Part shown: positions 37,201 through 50,744 of the stretch, in pieces
Numbering within the stretch: position 1 is the stretch's first letter
Layout of the letters: each line of letters opens with the position of its first letter
Assembly (NCBI GenBank): GCA_002633005.1
Contig: NMRA01001033.1
Span: 1-64,000 of the forward strand
Origin: Phoronis australis
Taxonomy: Eukaryota; Animalia; Phoronida
Length of the DNA stretch: 64,000 nucleotides
Reading direction: 5' to 3'
Translations under genes and position numbers: made by a program
Notes under the pieces: model-generated
Database searches by the model: none
Told to the model about the DNA's origin: nothing
The model's input: the letters and a program-made list of their open reading frames with translations, nothing else

Positions 37201-38688
37201 GCTATCAACAGTTGGTGACTGCAGTGTTATACATGTATAACTCTCATGGTATCAAAATAAGTTGATTACAAATAGTTACAATCTTTATCTGGCTGAATTT
37301 TTGAAATAAGAAATAATGTCTAACTTCAATACTAAAAAATACCTTGGATATTGCTACGTCTGTACCATTATGTCTTTACCGTAAAGACACAGCAAGATAA
37401 AGACACAGCAAGATGATGCCACTAGCCTTAGAGTCTTACCGCAACAGAAGGCGTGTATTGGGAACTTTTATAGGCTTTTTAACCGTACGATATCTGACTT
37501 AAAATTTGAGCTGAAATACAATTTTAAACGTAATAGAAACATTCCCATGTGTGTACAACTACTGAGGTGTCTTCACTGTTTTCGGAAAAACGGTTAGGAC
37601 AGGATATTTAAAATTAAGATGGTCACAAATTCCTCAAAAATGATTGTGCAGTATGCCAATTGAACATACATTGTTGTATTTTGAAAATTAATGACCTCAA
37701 ACGCTTAGTTCATGGAATATTAGACATTAATTTTTAGATTGTATCTTTACCGTTATTGGGTACTTTATGTGAAAATGGCCGAAATTTTATAGCAAGTACA
37801 CACACCGGAACAAACGAATTCAAGCAACTCTCCTCCATGCGCGGCGCAACCTCAGCTGCCGCCATATTTTACTTGACATTTCGTGTCTAGAGATACTAAA
37901 GTGATAAATTAACTGATATTTGTTCTTCTGTTTGCATAAGGTACCTGGCTGCCATTTATCAGATGTGGGGGCTCAAACTGCAGGTACCGTGAACATTTTT
38001 AATGTCATTTGTCTTATAAATTGAATTGCCGCACGTCATTGACCTTTGAATCTAAATTCTCGCTTCTTTCTTGCAATAAATGCTGTCCTAAATTATTTCA
38101 GGTTGGTTTCATCATAGACTATAGTTGTCTATAATTTATGGTTTCATCAAATACCCACTGTATCGTGATTTCAATTTAAAAAAACGCAATGCTACAATTT
38201 CTTCCGCTTTCATACAAAACATATACTTTTTAGACATCCGATGAGAGCTGAGAAGCAGCCTGTAACCTTTAGACCTTGTATGCATAGAACATTACTGCAG
38301 AACTGGTTACCTGAGTTTGAATATTTGATTGAGAATGAGCGACTTTCCAGAGGCACATGTCGCTGGCGCAAAACACTGAATATATCCCGCTAATTAAAAC
38401 TTATTTGCCCTTATAACAGGGAAATATTGGCAGACACCACGAGTAAACGTCTGGAATGTTCCACAACAATGTGTTGTAAAATGTGAAAAAACAATACGCA
38501 ATTTTCTGATGGTCTTTTAGTTCAAGTCTGGGATACACTAAATAATTTCATCCGACTTCAGATTGGTAACACTGAGAGGGTTTCTCTACAGTCGATATGT
38601 ACGTACCTTGCTAGTTAAGGTTTTCGACCGTTGGGCACTATGTCTTTCTCAAACTGAACGGAAATAGTGTGTGAATAACGTCACGAGG

Positions 38689-39435
38689 TACACTCTATCA
38701 CAGTGCTAAACGAAAGTTAGCACTGTAGAATGTTGTTTAATATGGCCTCCCATTGGTTAAAGTAATGAAACCGACGTCATAACATTCAGCCATTTCCATT
38801 GGTTGAAAGTTGGGAAACTCCTTTCAGTTTACAAATTACGAAGTGTGGCGACCACGGATTTAAATAGTTGCATCTTATGAAAACGGACAGTGGTGGAAGT
38901 AAATAAGACCAAGAAAACCCCAATACAGTGGCTTAGCCGAAACAAATCCGATGTATAAAGGTGTGTGTCAGTGGTGGCGATGTGGTCGGTATATTGCCGA
39001 CGGGATGATGGAAGTACTGCCTATCTACGAGGACTTGCTTGCATCCCGGGGACAATTTGAGAAGTCTGTGTGTCTAGTAATCAGCCCGCTGAATGCCATT
39101 CTTGCCCAACAGAGGTATATAGGGAAGCTCTAATTCTTTCTTTTGGTGAAGAAGGTAAACTGGTGAACACTAACTTTGTTTTCATAATTCACATGAGGTC
39201 ACGTAACTTGGCTCTATTCAGTGGCGGATTTAGGGGGGCAAGGGGGTCATGGCCCCTCTAAAATTCTACCAGATACCATTTTGGAGTTCTTGGGCTCGGG
39301 GGTGATTAGGCAATGCATACCCTTTCTTTTTTTTAGTCAACATGTCCTCAAACCCAAAATTCGAGAGCCGTGCATCCCCACATTTTAGGCTGGGCGCGCG
39401 CATTTGCAGTATAGGTGGCGCTGTGTCAGAGGGTA
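38689..39435 (+). mobile_element. AcademH-derived non-autonomous element with RecQ-type helicase remnant
   Basis: 9-bp TSD GTCACGAGG (38680-38688, 39436-39444), single at ~14798-14806 in copy A; TIRs TACACTCTATCACAGTGC / GCGCTGTGTCAGAGGGTA; PKQIRCI...GDVVGILPTG and LVISPLNAILAQQ at ~38935-39112. Confidence 0.85.
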
Positions 39436-39445
39436 GTCACGAGGG

Positions 39446-39765
39446 TGATGATGAGCGCCCACTTTGGTCGTTTTTCTGAGCAGTGCAGTGTATGAGAGGT
39501 CCCGCTGGAGCTGACCACAGTCTGAATTCATACAGTTATTGACACTTTTCTTGATGTAAACGGATTCCTTTATCCATCTGAAAAACTTGTTAATCTAAAA
39601 TAGCTGACCTATCCCCCTCAGATCTCATATGAATTTGCTGGAAAGCATGGTCCATGATTGCTGATTTGTGGTAAGTAAATTCTAATGACCGTAGTTGACT
39701 ACGAGTGAACGGTCGGGACGATTCAGGCTCGAGATCCTCACGTCTTTGAGTAGCCATATGAGAAG
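39446..39765 (-). mobile_element. Penelope-like element 3' fragment, copy B
   Basis: Paralogue of 14820-15125 (HKSAIMDHAFQQIH; WIKESVYIKK). Confidence 0.8.
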
Positions 39766-40128
39766 AATGCTTACACAATACATCTCTTAATAGTAATGTA
39801 TTTAAAGAAAGATTTGGTTTTCCAGGAACATCGTTGAGCAAACTCCCTAAAAAGTCGTCGACCATTCCAAACCTTTTTCGTTTGGAGAGGTCTTGTGTTG
39901 ACTAAAATGTAAATGCAAGCGGTCTTGAAAATCTAGTCGTAAGCGCCTTCTGGCATGTCGTGAAGTTGGTGCTGAAAATTTGCCATGACAGAAAGTGCTT
40001 TAGTTGATATTTAGAACACTATGTTTTTTAAAATGTGTCTATGTAATGTTGTTAAATCGTGTGACACTGGATGAAGAACAAACAAACAGCAACACTGATC
40101 AAAGATGTGAGGAGGTCACGTGAGATAG

Positions 40129-40850
40129 CAGTGGCGGATCTAGGATATCACAAGGGGGGCCCAACATTTTGTCCGGCTGTAAGCATTTGCGCAAACTGAA
40201 CCACGATTGTAGATGCGCATAGCACCGAATGGGGGGAGGGCGGGAGGGGGGNNNNNNNNNNNNNNNNNNNNNNNNNNNNNNNNNNNNNNNNNNNNNNNNN
40301 NNNNNNNNNNNNNNNNNNNNNNNNNNNNNNNNNNNNNNNNNNNNNNNNNNNNNNNNNNNNNNNNNNNNNNNNNNNNNNNNNNNNNNNNNNNNNNNNNNNN
40401 NNNNNNNNNNNNNNNNNNNNNNNNNNNNNNNNNNNNNNNNNNNNNNNNNNNNNNNNNNNNNNNNNNNNNNNNNNNNNNNNNNNNNNNNNNNNNNNNNNNN
40501 NNNNNNNNNNNNNNNNNNNNNNNNNNNNNNNNNNNNNNNNNNNNNNNNNNNNNNNNNNNNNNNNNNNNNNNNNNNNNNNNNNNNNNNNNNNNNNNNNNNN
40601 NNNNNNNNNNNNNNNNNNNNNNNNNNNNNNNNNNNNNNNNNNNNNNNNNNNNNNNNNNNNNNNNNNNNNNNNNNNNNNNNNNNNNNNNNNNNNNNNNNNC
40701 ATTTAAATCTTTTTTCATCCGTATAACTTTAATTACCGGGGTTAATTAATAAACTCACCATTTCCCTACGCTCTTACTGTTTTATTTTTTTGCGGCAGCT
40801 AAAGGGGGGGGGGAGTGGGCCCCCTGCCCCCCCCCCTAAATCCGCCTATG
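40129..40850. mobile_element. MITE CAGTGGCGGATCTAGG...CCGCCTATG with 5-bp TSD GATAG (gap inside)
   Basis: GATAG flanks both ends and is single at the matching site in copy A (~15525); left end near-identical to 59081-59203. Confidence 0.8.
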
Positions 40851-42463
40851 GATAGATAACATACTTTAATTACACTTTATCAAAAGACATCTTTAGTAAC
40901 AAGTCGAAATTAGATATAGGGTGAGTAGTTTATGTCTTGTACCAACAGAGAAGGAGTGCCAAATCGTTTCAAGTGGTGTCACTTATTTTTGCTTAGAAAA
41001 CCCTTCGGCGGAACTGTGCAGTTTTTAAATTAAATGAAGTATGATAACCGTATTGGTGTAGACGAAAAATCTCGTTGTCACTATGAAAAATGGTGGCAAC
41101 CACGTGAAAGCCGCCATTACAATATTGCATAGTTAACAAAGACATTACATATACTTCCTCCGGCAGGGAAGTAGGCTGCACGAGCAGGGAAAAATACATC
41201 ATTCCTTGTGACACTTGCAGAAATAGTGCATATGTACACTTATACTTGATGTATAGGGCTGTCTGACCTTGACCTCGTTCCCAATCTAAGATGGCTTCCA
41301 CATGAATAGCCTTTGTCTGAGCTTACAATCTATAGTTTAAGTATGATACGTGCCTTATAACTCTTCGTGCAATCACTTCTACAGTAGGCCTGTAAAAGAT
41401 CTCAAAGCAATGCATCGACATTTTGTTGTAGTTTTTCACAAAATTCAAACATGTCATTTGTACGGCTCTATCCATTAGTAACCATCCTGAGCCGACTGAA
41501 AAACGTGGTTTAGATGAATCAAATTTCTTGCTTCGATTTTTTCTTGTTTTCAGTCACAGCATCAAAAGTTTGTTGTCGCCAGTCACCGAAAACATCCGTA
41601 TGCATTGGTTTGCGTTAAAACCAACATAATCACACTTTGTTCGAGTCTTTTTTGTGAAAAATTGATGAGCATTTTCAACATGACGAGATAACCAACTTCC
41701 GTTTTCATCGCTTAAGCTAGAGTTTGCCTTTACAGTAAATTAACTAAAAAGCGTGACAGACCGTCCAGTCTACTTTCAGTTAACAACGATGTGATCATTG
41801 ACACATTTTTATTAGATGTTCATTTTTCTATTTTAGCTTGAAGTAGGTATTCGCTTTCTAAATGGACTCTGCGTTCAGCACATCGCATAAGACAAACTTA
41901 CATGTACATGTTGTCGGTCGAGTTGTATCCCATGATTCGTGAAAACATGTCGTGCTGAGACAACCATGTATAACCATAGATTATAGACAACAGATTCGCA
42001 ACTCCGGCATATTCTTACGAGCTGAGTTGACCTCTAATGACCTATCTGCTGCAGTTTCCGGTCAGTTTTAATTTGACGAGAAATACCTGCATCTACTTTA
42101 CTGTCCAAAACAGCGAAAAAACATTAATTTATATTAATTTCGGTATTGAAACGCTCTTCAAAATCTTTCAATAGTAGAAGTGTTGGTATTGTGAGTACTT
42201 TTGGCAATGCTACTGGTAATTAATTTCAAAATTCAAACTTCGGTTCCGACCCTTTATGTCGTCTGCTTGCCCAATAGCAGCATAGTTATCGGACAGTTTT
42301 TGATTTACGGTTCACATAGGCCTACTGAGAAAACTACGAAAGCGTGTTTATAAATCAACATTCTCAAGTGAGCAGTTCTTCTGGGCAGTGTTGAGTGGCC
42401 CTTAAAAGGGCCGTTGGTTGTAGGTATAGCGTGAAATGGTTCTTAAAAGAACCGTTGAATAAT

Positions 42464-42781
42464 TCAACATAAATCACACAGTATGCCATGCTCACTCAAG
42501 TACTGAAGGTCCTCTTCATTAAAGTTTTCATCTGGAAAGGTTGGATGAAAACAGAGGAGATGACAATATCGATGACAGTTGTAACACCTTAGATAGATAT
42601 CACCGTTCACCAACGTTGTCACGAACCCTGCATCGTTCAGTTCTTGTTCCTGTATCCACAAATAATCCTGAACTGTAGGAAAAAAATGACAAACAACACA
42701 ACGAATCAAATTTCGAAAATCATCGCCTTCGTACGATTCCGTGTTGCTGTCACCAGACTGATGTTCTTCTCCAACGTCCAT
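42464..42781 (-). CDS. Small PHD-finger-like (C4HC3) protein, 105 aa from the ATG
   Basis: Uninterrupted ORF with an acidic N-terminus, then CVVC...CYNCHRYCHLLC...CDLC-stop. Confidence 0.55.
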   Translation of the reverse strand: MDVGEEHQSGDSNTESYEGDDFRNLIRCVVCHFFPTVQDYLWIQEQELNDAGFVTTLVNGDIYLRCYNCHRYCHLLCFHPTFPDENFNEEDLQYLSEHGILCDLC

Positions 42782-43277
42782 CGTAAAAAATCGACGTTGC
42801 AAGTGATGGAAACTTGTCTACGCTCTCGTCCTTTGTTTCTAACCTTTAACCCATTTTTAATAAAGGGGTGTACTGTTTTTGGCTCATGTTGATAGTGCAT
42901 AATCTATGATTTTACAATGTATTAATAGTGTTAAATGCATATATATGAACTGGTCTCATTGAGGTGCACAGCAAATAAATTAACTATAACAAATTAAAGT
43001 TTTGAAAATATAAAGAGCAGTAACAGACTCCCTAAAAATTAGGCTTGTTTTCGAAAGGTTTGCGCCATTGGTGATCCGATTGGTTCAATCGCTTGCGGCG
43101 GGAAAATTGATAGACCCAGTTATTGTGCGCGTGTACACTGTATCAATGCTTTGTATCTTATTCTTATTTGTCTAATCTGTTGATACAGTAAATTTCCTTA
43201 TTTATGCCCATCCTGATTTAACCCCGACTTGAGCTCCTTGGGTTTTACCATATTGGGGCTGTCCAGGGACTCACGTG

Positions 43278-43421
43278 CATGCGCGCACCCAGTCTTCAAA
43301 ATGGGGGGCTCGAATTCCTGACGTTATGGAACTGTTGTTAACAAGAGAGCGGGCAGACCTTTTTGCCCACTTCGCCAAATGGGGGGGGCTCGAACCCCCC
43401 CCCCTCTGAGTGGCGCACATG
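43278..43421. mobile_element. MITE CATGCGCGCACCCAG family, 5-bp TSD ACGTG
   Basis: ACGTG-CATGCGCGCACCCAG...CTGAGTGGCGCACATG-ACGTG. Confidence 0.8.
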
Positions 43422-43700
43422 ACGTGGTGCTTACTCGAATGAGTTTCATTTTAGCGGCTATTTCCAATTGTGTAGGTGAAGTAAATTAACAAAGTGGATG
43501 ATTATCATCACCGGTATTTCATCATTAGTATTTTTGTCGGCCTCTCAAGTTTTCCGTGGCTAGGGATTGTCACATCTGTAAGGTAGACGTGTTTCAGTGA
43601 ACCTCCATGTTTGTGGCGTTATTTATACCTGACCAAACTTTGAAAAAGAAGCCCGCGTTTAAACCAGGAGCTGCATTGGGTGCAATTTGTGTAGACGTTT

Positions 43701-43857
43701 CATGCGCGCACCCAGCCTCTAATACGGGGGCTCGAATCTCTGGCAAAGTGGACCTTTTGCTAACAAAAAGCGTGAGAACTAAAATAAAAAACGGGGTGCT
43801 GCCGTATTGTGGACTTTCGTCTCTTTCTCTTGGACTTTTCCCCTGGGTGCGCGCATG
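43701..43857. mobile_element. MITE CATGCGCGCACCCAG family, 5-bp TSD CGTTT
   Basis: Perfect 15-bp TIRs; CGTTT on both flanks. Single ends of the family also occur near 10846, 46075 and 53962. Confidence 0.9.
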
Positions 43858-44621
43858 CGTTTGTCTACGTTGCTAGTTTTTATAAAGGTGGGCCTGTCTG
43901 TAGCCAACTACGGTAAATTCATAAAAGGTCACGTGCAGTGCAACTCAAGTTCATTACAAATTAAAAATCCGAACTTTCAAACCGTTTGATCTGAGTTGAC
44001 ATCTCAAATCAAAATTATGAAAATGCCACATAAAAGTATGAAATTGAAAATTAGCACACGTCAGCTTCACGTCCCTACCACCCCCTTTATCTTGCTTGCT
44101 ACCTCTTAGGGTTCATTTCCCTTGCTTCCGAGGTTTTTCGTTATTCTGGTATTTTCATAGACTGCAGCGTACTTGGCTAAGATGGTTCAAGTTTTGTGCG
44201 GCATACAGTCGACATAAATAATTGAGTATGTAACCTGCTGTTGAATTGCGGGATAGATTTTGACAGGTCCAGGTATTTATTTCTGAAGTATTAATGTAAT
44301 CTTTATTTATGTTAAAGGTTTTACTAGCGTCCTATTTATTTGTACACGAATGTGAATTTGTTGAAATCGCTGATCCAAATCCTGGCCAAATCTGCGCATT
44401 ATGCTGAGACCAACCGTCTGATCAGGGCCACCTAAGAGTAATTTGGTTAATTCGCTCACTAGACTATGGCTGAAGGTCCTCGTAAGGACAAGAGTTCACC
44501 AGTCACTACCATTGGAAGAAATTTAGCGGACATTTTTCGTCAAAAAGTTTACCAGATAGTTTTCATCAAAACGGAGAAAAGAAAAATGGATTTGTGAAGA
44601 CAGGATTAAGTAGTAGGCCTA

Positions 44622-44829
44622 CCAGAGCCTCTTAAAAAACACCCATCTTCGAAGTGTCGTGAACAAATGTATGAGTTTTTTTTTGGAAGAAAAACTTCCA
44701 TTCACGTCGACGCAAGAACATAACTTTTTCTCCCAAAGCGGATTTTGTGGTCTTCGTACACTATGGAAGCTAACGCCTCTGCATTTCGCCTGCGTAGCCG
44801 AACAACCGGCCACACAGCAACCGACCATG
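44622..44829 (-). pseudogene. THAP-domain exon remnant of a P-type transposase
   Basis: MVGCCVAGCSAT...GVSFH...P...W, then after a frameshift in the A-run NSYICSRHFEDGCF. Confidence 0.75.
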
Positions 44830-47800
44830 ATTAGCAGACGACGTACTTGCCGGAAATTACACCAGATAATTGAGCCAGGTGTCGCCAGTGAATAATGACG
44901 TAAAGGCTTGTGCGTAAGACCACAGATTTCGTCCATTGAAAGTAAACGGAGTTGGCGGTCCATGTACTATAGTCTATGGTATAACCCAACAACCCAAATA
45001 TCCAGCGCAGACTGGAACGGAATTTAAAAATAAAACGGCCAGCCAGAGCGTGTAAACCATAGATATCACATAGACCGTGCGCGCGCCACTCAGATACATG
45101 CTGCTCACGTTGTCAATATGACGCGATATTGGAGAGTGTTACGCAGGACAAAAATTGCGGAAAACACTGGGAGCCCTACGGCATTAGTCAGAAAATCGGC
45201 GGGCTCGCAGTGTTATGCTTGCAGCCAAAGAATTAAATTTTTTGGTTCAGCCTTTGAGTCACGGGTTTTTTGGTTCGTCCATGGACTTTTGAGGTGCTGC
45301 CCCTAGGTTTTTATGTTCTGCCACCATAGTTTAAGCAGAGCGATTAAGCGTTGTTTCCACATCAGTCTTGGGGATTGAGGCGATATAAGATCAATTAAAA
45401 GACAATTGCTGACCAGCATATGCTGTTATCCAATGATGATGCTGTTTGTTAATTGTACTTAAGTAAATATTTGGTATCAATGACAATCATATGTATTTTT
45501 ACTTGTTCTGAAAAATAACATCCCCAAACCTACTCGCTAGCCAATCAGTACATCAAAGTGAATAATGTATTTTGTGTTGAAATATATACTGTTTTAAAAA
45601 CTCATTTCTTAAACAGTATTCCAAAATCAGATTTCTTCTGTTGTATTAACACAAACACATCCCTGCAAAATCTGTACTTATGTTAAAGTTGATATTGGAA
45701 ATTTTGTGGATTTGTAATGCTTGCTTACGAGCTCTTTGTTTTGTGTCTCAAAACTTGCGCAAACAAGTAAAAAGCATACTAACCAAAATGTCAAACCTGT
45801 GCGACTGAATTGCGTATCCTACCTATATTCAAAATACAGAATTTCTCACTCGAAACCGAGTGGAAATATAACCAACTGAGCCGGTATAGCATTAAATAAT
45901 GACTAAGTGAAAATGACCCCGGCTAGTTTTTCACAGGGTCTAAATTTAATGTGAAGAATTTTTAGCCCATGAAACAATGACCTCATGTCCGTGAAAACCC
46001 GTCCCGTCTTTATTCAACGGTTTCAGGGGCGGATACAGAATTTTGATTTAGGGGGTCGGCAAACAAGAGGATCACATGCGCGCACCCAACCTAAAATATA
46101 GAGGGGGGAATTTTGCGGTCATGTGGACCTTTCATTGGAACATTGAGACGAATACTAAAAAAACGGGTAATAGGTTCAACCCCGTGCATTGCACCGACGA
46201 ATTCTTTGAACTTTTGTCGCGTTTCCTCGGACTTTTTGTTTCTCTAAGAAGGACCTTTTTGCCCACTTCGACAAATGGGGGCTCATTCGAGCCTCCCGAG
46301 CCCCCCTTCATGGACTGGGCCCCTAAATATGAAAAGATTTATAATTTTACAGGAAATGCACAGCTTTTGATGTTATCTGTTTTTCTCAAAAATAGAGCAA
46401 CAGTTGTCTCCGTTATCCCTTGCCGGAGAGGAATCTCTGGAAAATATAGTTTTGCATTATTGCTTTTAAAAAACGGAGACCTTAACAACAATGTCCTGGC
46501 CAGATCCCTCAAAGGGTAAACCTTGCACTGATACTGAGTTGTCAAATGTTCTCTTGAATATTGTCACCTATCCATATTCGCGGTCTTTCTTTTCTCGACT
46601 GTCGCGGCACCACGCCTATGTCGGTTGGCAAGGTTTAGCTCTGACGCTTGCAATTTTGGGGGGAGGCACGTGCCCTCCCCCGGCCCCCGCTTCCTGCGGC
46701 CCTGTACTAACAGTATATAGGCCTACGTAATATCGGACTTGTATCACTCGTGAAAACAGTCAAAGTTATTAACACTAATCGTTGGCTTTCGCCTTACATC
46801 ATATTTTAATATATCAATTAAAATTGATATATAAAAACAGCACTGCGAAAGCTTTGTCAAGCATCATTCCTGGTGCACTCGTAAAGGTATGTCAGAGATT
46901 AATTGAGCTTCTGACCGCAATTGGTGAATTTGTGGGCGATGCAATTCTATCATTTCCAGCCAGTAAACCTTTCTGATACCGCATTGGCTGACAAAGACTT
47001 AGTGTACATATTTGTTGCAGATGATTTTTTACGGAAAATGGTAGAATAACAAAACATCTGGTTAAATGGGGCCTCAGAATTACCAGGAAGAGGGTCGGGT
47101 AGAAAGGGTTATTGAGCTCGCTGAAACTTTGAGATCCTAAGGCAGCTGCAAACGTATGCTGCAGTAACAGATACAATCTTTTGTTTTACTTGTGTAACTT
47201 AGGTCCTGTGTTGCTCCAGCAGCTGTAGAATTTTAATCCCCAAAGCACCACCCATCCTTGTGTGAAAAGATATTTCTTAACAAGGGCGTTTACGCTTTCA
47301 AAACAACACTAGTGTTTTTTATCCTTGTTAATAATTGTTGCTTGACATTGTGTCAGCAGGAATATTTCCCAGACAGCCATTCATCGTTTCAGAAGATGAA
47401 ACCGGTGACCAGAGAAAGCCAACGAGTGTGGTCTTAAGCGATAAAAGTGGGTGCGCTCAAAGACGCTACGGTCTCTGGTGCGCTCGAGTGTAAGTATTGA
47501 GAAAAGTGAAAATAAAGCATTGCATAGGACATAAAAGGATCTGAGCTATATCATCTGTTAAAAACCTAGTTAGAACTTACTATGCTAAGGACATTGACTG
47601 GTCAGTACAATCCTCGAAGTACCGATTTTACCTAACGCCAAGTCTACCCTGTTTACAACAAAATGTCGTTAAAGACTGGAAATTTTCCCTTTGCGTCTTT
47701 GTGGTGTAGTCTCGATGGTGTCAACACGCAGTTAGACATGGTTAAGACTGTCGAAAGTGTTAAGTTGTTTTTATCTTACGTATCCTTTTCCGGAATTTTG

Positions 47801-47839
47801 AGTGTGCGACATTGCCCTCCAACATCCACTATAGTAAGA

Positions 47840-48150
47840 ACGGATTGTGGGACACCGCCACCCAATTAGCATGAAACCGACCAGTGAAACTAATCAACAC
47901 ACGCTGTCATTTTCATTAACAGACAACAGACGACACGTACATCCTACAGTGTACAATTCTCTAACCATTGCCGGAAGGTGTGCGAAGTGAGTGTTTTGAA
48001 ATGCCACGGTTGAGCAAGAAATAGGTCAAGTGGAGAAGAACTGGCATTCCGCCAATCAGAGATTTTAGAATGGAGCAACTGTATTCGTAACTTAAACACG
48101 CCGTGCAAGATTCAAAATTCAATTTTCTATGTCAACCCATCATCTTTGAT
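47840..48150 (+). repeat. Unclassified interspersed repeat (other copies ~53965-54480 and ~61367-61960)
   Basis: Shared ACACCGCCACC...TAGCATGAAACC...GCATTCCG(C/T)CAATCAGAG...AAGATTCAAAATTCAA. Confidence 0.85.
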
Positions 48151-48536
48151 GTAATTGGTCGGCGGGGAGGGAAATTCAACAGTTAGCCGAAAACGATTGA
48201 GAGCCACCTAAGATCACCTTTCAAGTACCTTCCATGAGTATAAACCGGCAGCAGACCTTCATTAACGCAAACTTAATTAAAAACACGACAGCACTCTCTG
48301 TTGCAGATCTTGATATAGACATGCCCATTCACACTATCTGTCTGTAGGCCTTTCTACCTGTCACCACGAGTTATTTCGCTGTTTATTTCGCTTCCACCGT
48401 GTGCATTTCACTATGCGCCCGAGACATGTGCTCTCCAAATACAGCCACTATTTTTTAACTTGTTTTTTTGTAATGTCTAATGGCAATTTGCTTTATAACT
48501 ACACACTGGAAGATCGGAAAGTGTACGGAGAATATG

Positions 48537-49313
48537 GGATTGTTTTAAACCCCCTCTACCCGCACACCCCACAACCCTCACGACCCCTTCGACCCACGAC
48601 CCTCTCGACCCACGGCCTGTGGCAGTCTCTGCGCTTTTTACACATTTCATAATCATATCACGTCGCTGAATGACTTTCCCAAAAGACTTACGTGCACGCG
48701 AATCTGCTCTGGCTCACGTCTTGTGGTTAAAAACAGAAAGTTCGTAGGAACATGATTTTCTATAGCCAATTGTGGGCGTGCTATCGTTGTCACGGAAACA
48801 GTTCCACGAGCTGCTACCAATGGGCCGGCTTGTTCTACGAAACTTAAGGAGAGAGAACGTTTAACGCGAATGGACATAACTTCATTTGTTTATTATTTGT
48901 TTTCTGTTGTATACTTGTTTACAAAATACTCCGGAACATTGAGATACTTCCTAGTTAACAATTTGTTTTTTCAAACTGTATATACTGAAGAAATTACATA
49001 TTCATCGGTTCCTCGCACTCTCCCAGAAAAAGCTTGAACCTATCATTCACTGAAGAGCAGACGAGACTATTACACTTTGCCGGGAACGAATTGATTCTCT
49101 TAATTACAAAAAAAAAACAGGGAAAAGCCATCCGACCTCACGGCCCGTTTCGTTGTTCAATGTTCAGATCTAGTTGAGCTTGTGAAGACTGTATCGAGGA
49201 GGTTGTGGACCGTGGGTCGAAGGGGAAGTTGGGCAGTGTGTCGTGGGTCGAGGGGGTCGTGGATCGAGAGGGTTGTGGGGTGGAAAGGATTGAGGAGGGT
49301 TTTGGAACAATTC
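48537..49313. mobile_element. Mutator-like MITE with subterminal CGACCCACGA repeats
   Basis: Imperfect TIRs of roughly 80-100 bp; degenerate 9-bp flanks GAGAATATG / GGTAATACG (6/9). Confidence 0.6.
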
Positions 49314-50744
49314 GGTAATACGACCAAGTTTACATCAAGTGGTCTTATAGAATCACAGTCTTGCTTTTAAAAAAAGTGTTAACCGCCGAATTGGCTAGTT
49401 GGTTGGGGAGCGACTGTCTTACTCTACACAGCAAACCAGAGGTATGCATACTTTCGAGCGAGTGGGCAAATATAGATAGAGTATTTGAGCTTTAGACCAC
49501 ATTAATGCATTAATATTCAAATACTCATATCTGGTACCCGCTAGATCTTGACAGAGTGGGGAATGGATTTTCGGTTCACGACGCCAGCTTGACATCAAGT
49601 GTCGTGACGTTACTACAGTTTACTGAACCAAAGGTAACGTCAGCAAATAGATGTTTCGGGGATTTTATCGAGTTGATCGAAAAGTTTTGCAACTGCTACT
49701 AGTATTGAAATGGAATTCTAGAGTGATTTATTCTATGTGAAAAACCTGAAGGCCCAACAAAGGTAACCCAACGTTGTGGCGTTGGCATTTTAAACGCATT
49801 GACAAAACAATATACAGTCCGGAGAGTGAATATTGAAAGAAGTTCTGTGCATAAAACTTCAAATATGGAGGTTCCTGAAGCCGTTGGCTGGTGTGAACCA
49901 TTCTAGGAAGGTGGTCATGGTGTGTGAACAGAAGGCTGTGCAGAGCAGCACATGTCCGATAGGTCTTAAAATGGAGACATGACCTGAAAGTCGATTGCAA
50001 CACAACTACTGTCATGAATTCTCATGAAGTTATTTAAGTGCAAGTTTCATGATTTCCTATGATGTACAACTATCCCAACAAAATAGTTTATGTTATATAA
50101 CAATTCCCGACATCTTGTGTTGTTGTTTACTATGTCACTGATCAGTGCCCACTCATAGTGAAACCCTATATGCCAAAAAGCTGTCCAGACTTCATTCATG
50201 TTTATGAGTTGGATGAAATCACCGGAACTCTCAATATTGTTGTTGTCTTGCATTCACAACCCACACATATTTCTAATATATCTTGTAGCTAGAGTTAATA
50301 AACTTTGTGTGTCAGTAGAAACTCAACGACTGTGTTAGTTTTTATGCTACTCTCCATCAACTTGCTGTTGCTACCTTGTTAGCAAACTATCTACCGTTCA
50401 ACCAAGAACCGGGTAACCCAACTATACTACCACGATCTATACCCACACTACTGGAACCCGTGTCTACACAACTACATCGACCAGCTGTTGCGGCGCTCAG
50501 CTGATGATTGCAGTAGTGGCCATGGAGCACACCCATCTATCTTTGTGTAAGTAATTCTTCTTCAGAACGGAGTTGTTCATAGCAGCCTCGTTTGTCATTA
50601 AGATATTTTACGCCCAACGAAACGCAACCAATAGCTTCGAAAATTAGCGCATCTCTTTTGCGATTGTGTGCATGCCTAAAACAAGCTTATTAGCTCGCCG
50701 TGTGTTTCCTGTTTGCATATACGTGAACGTAGCATCCGTCCGTT

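Larger units (their letters stand above)
31004..40128 (+). repeat. Segmental duplication or haplotype, copy B
   Basis: Colinear with 1-15533 once insertions are removed. Confidence 0.95.
41975..44978 (-). mobile_element. P-superfamily non-autonomous DNA transposon (3.0 kb)
   Basis: 7-bp TSD GTATAAC (41968-41974, 44979-44985); TIRs CATAGATTATAG / CTATAGTCTATG; THAP exon ~150 bp inside the right end. Confidence 0.8.
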
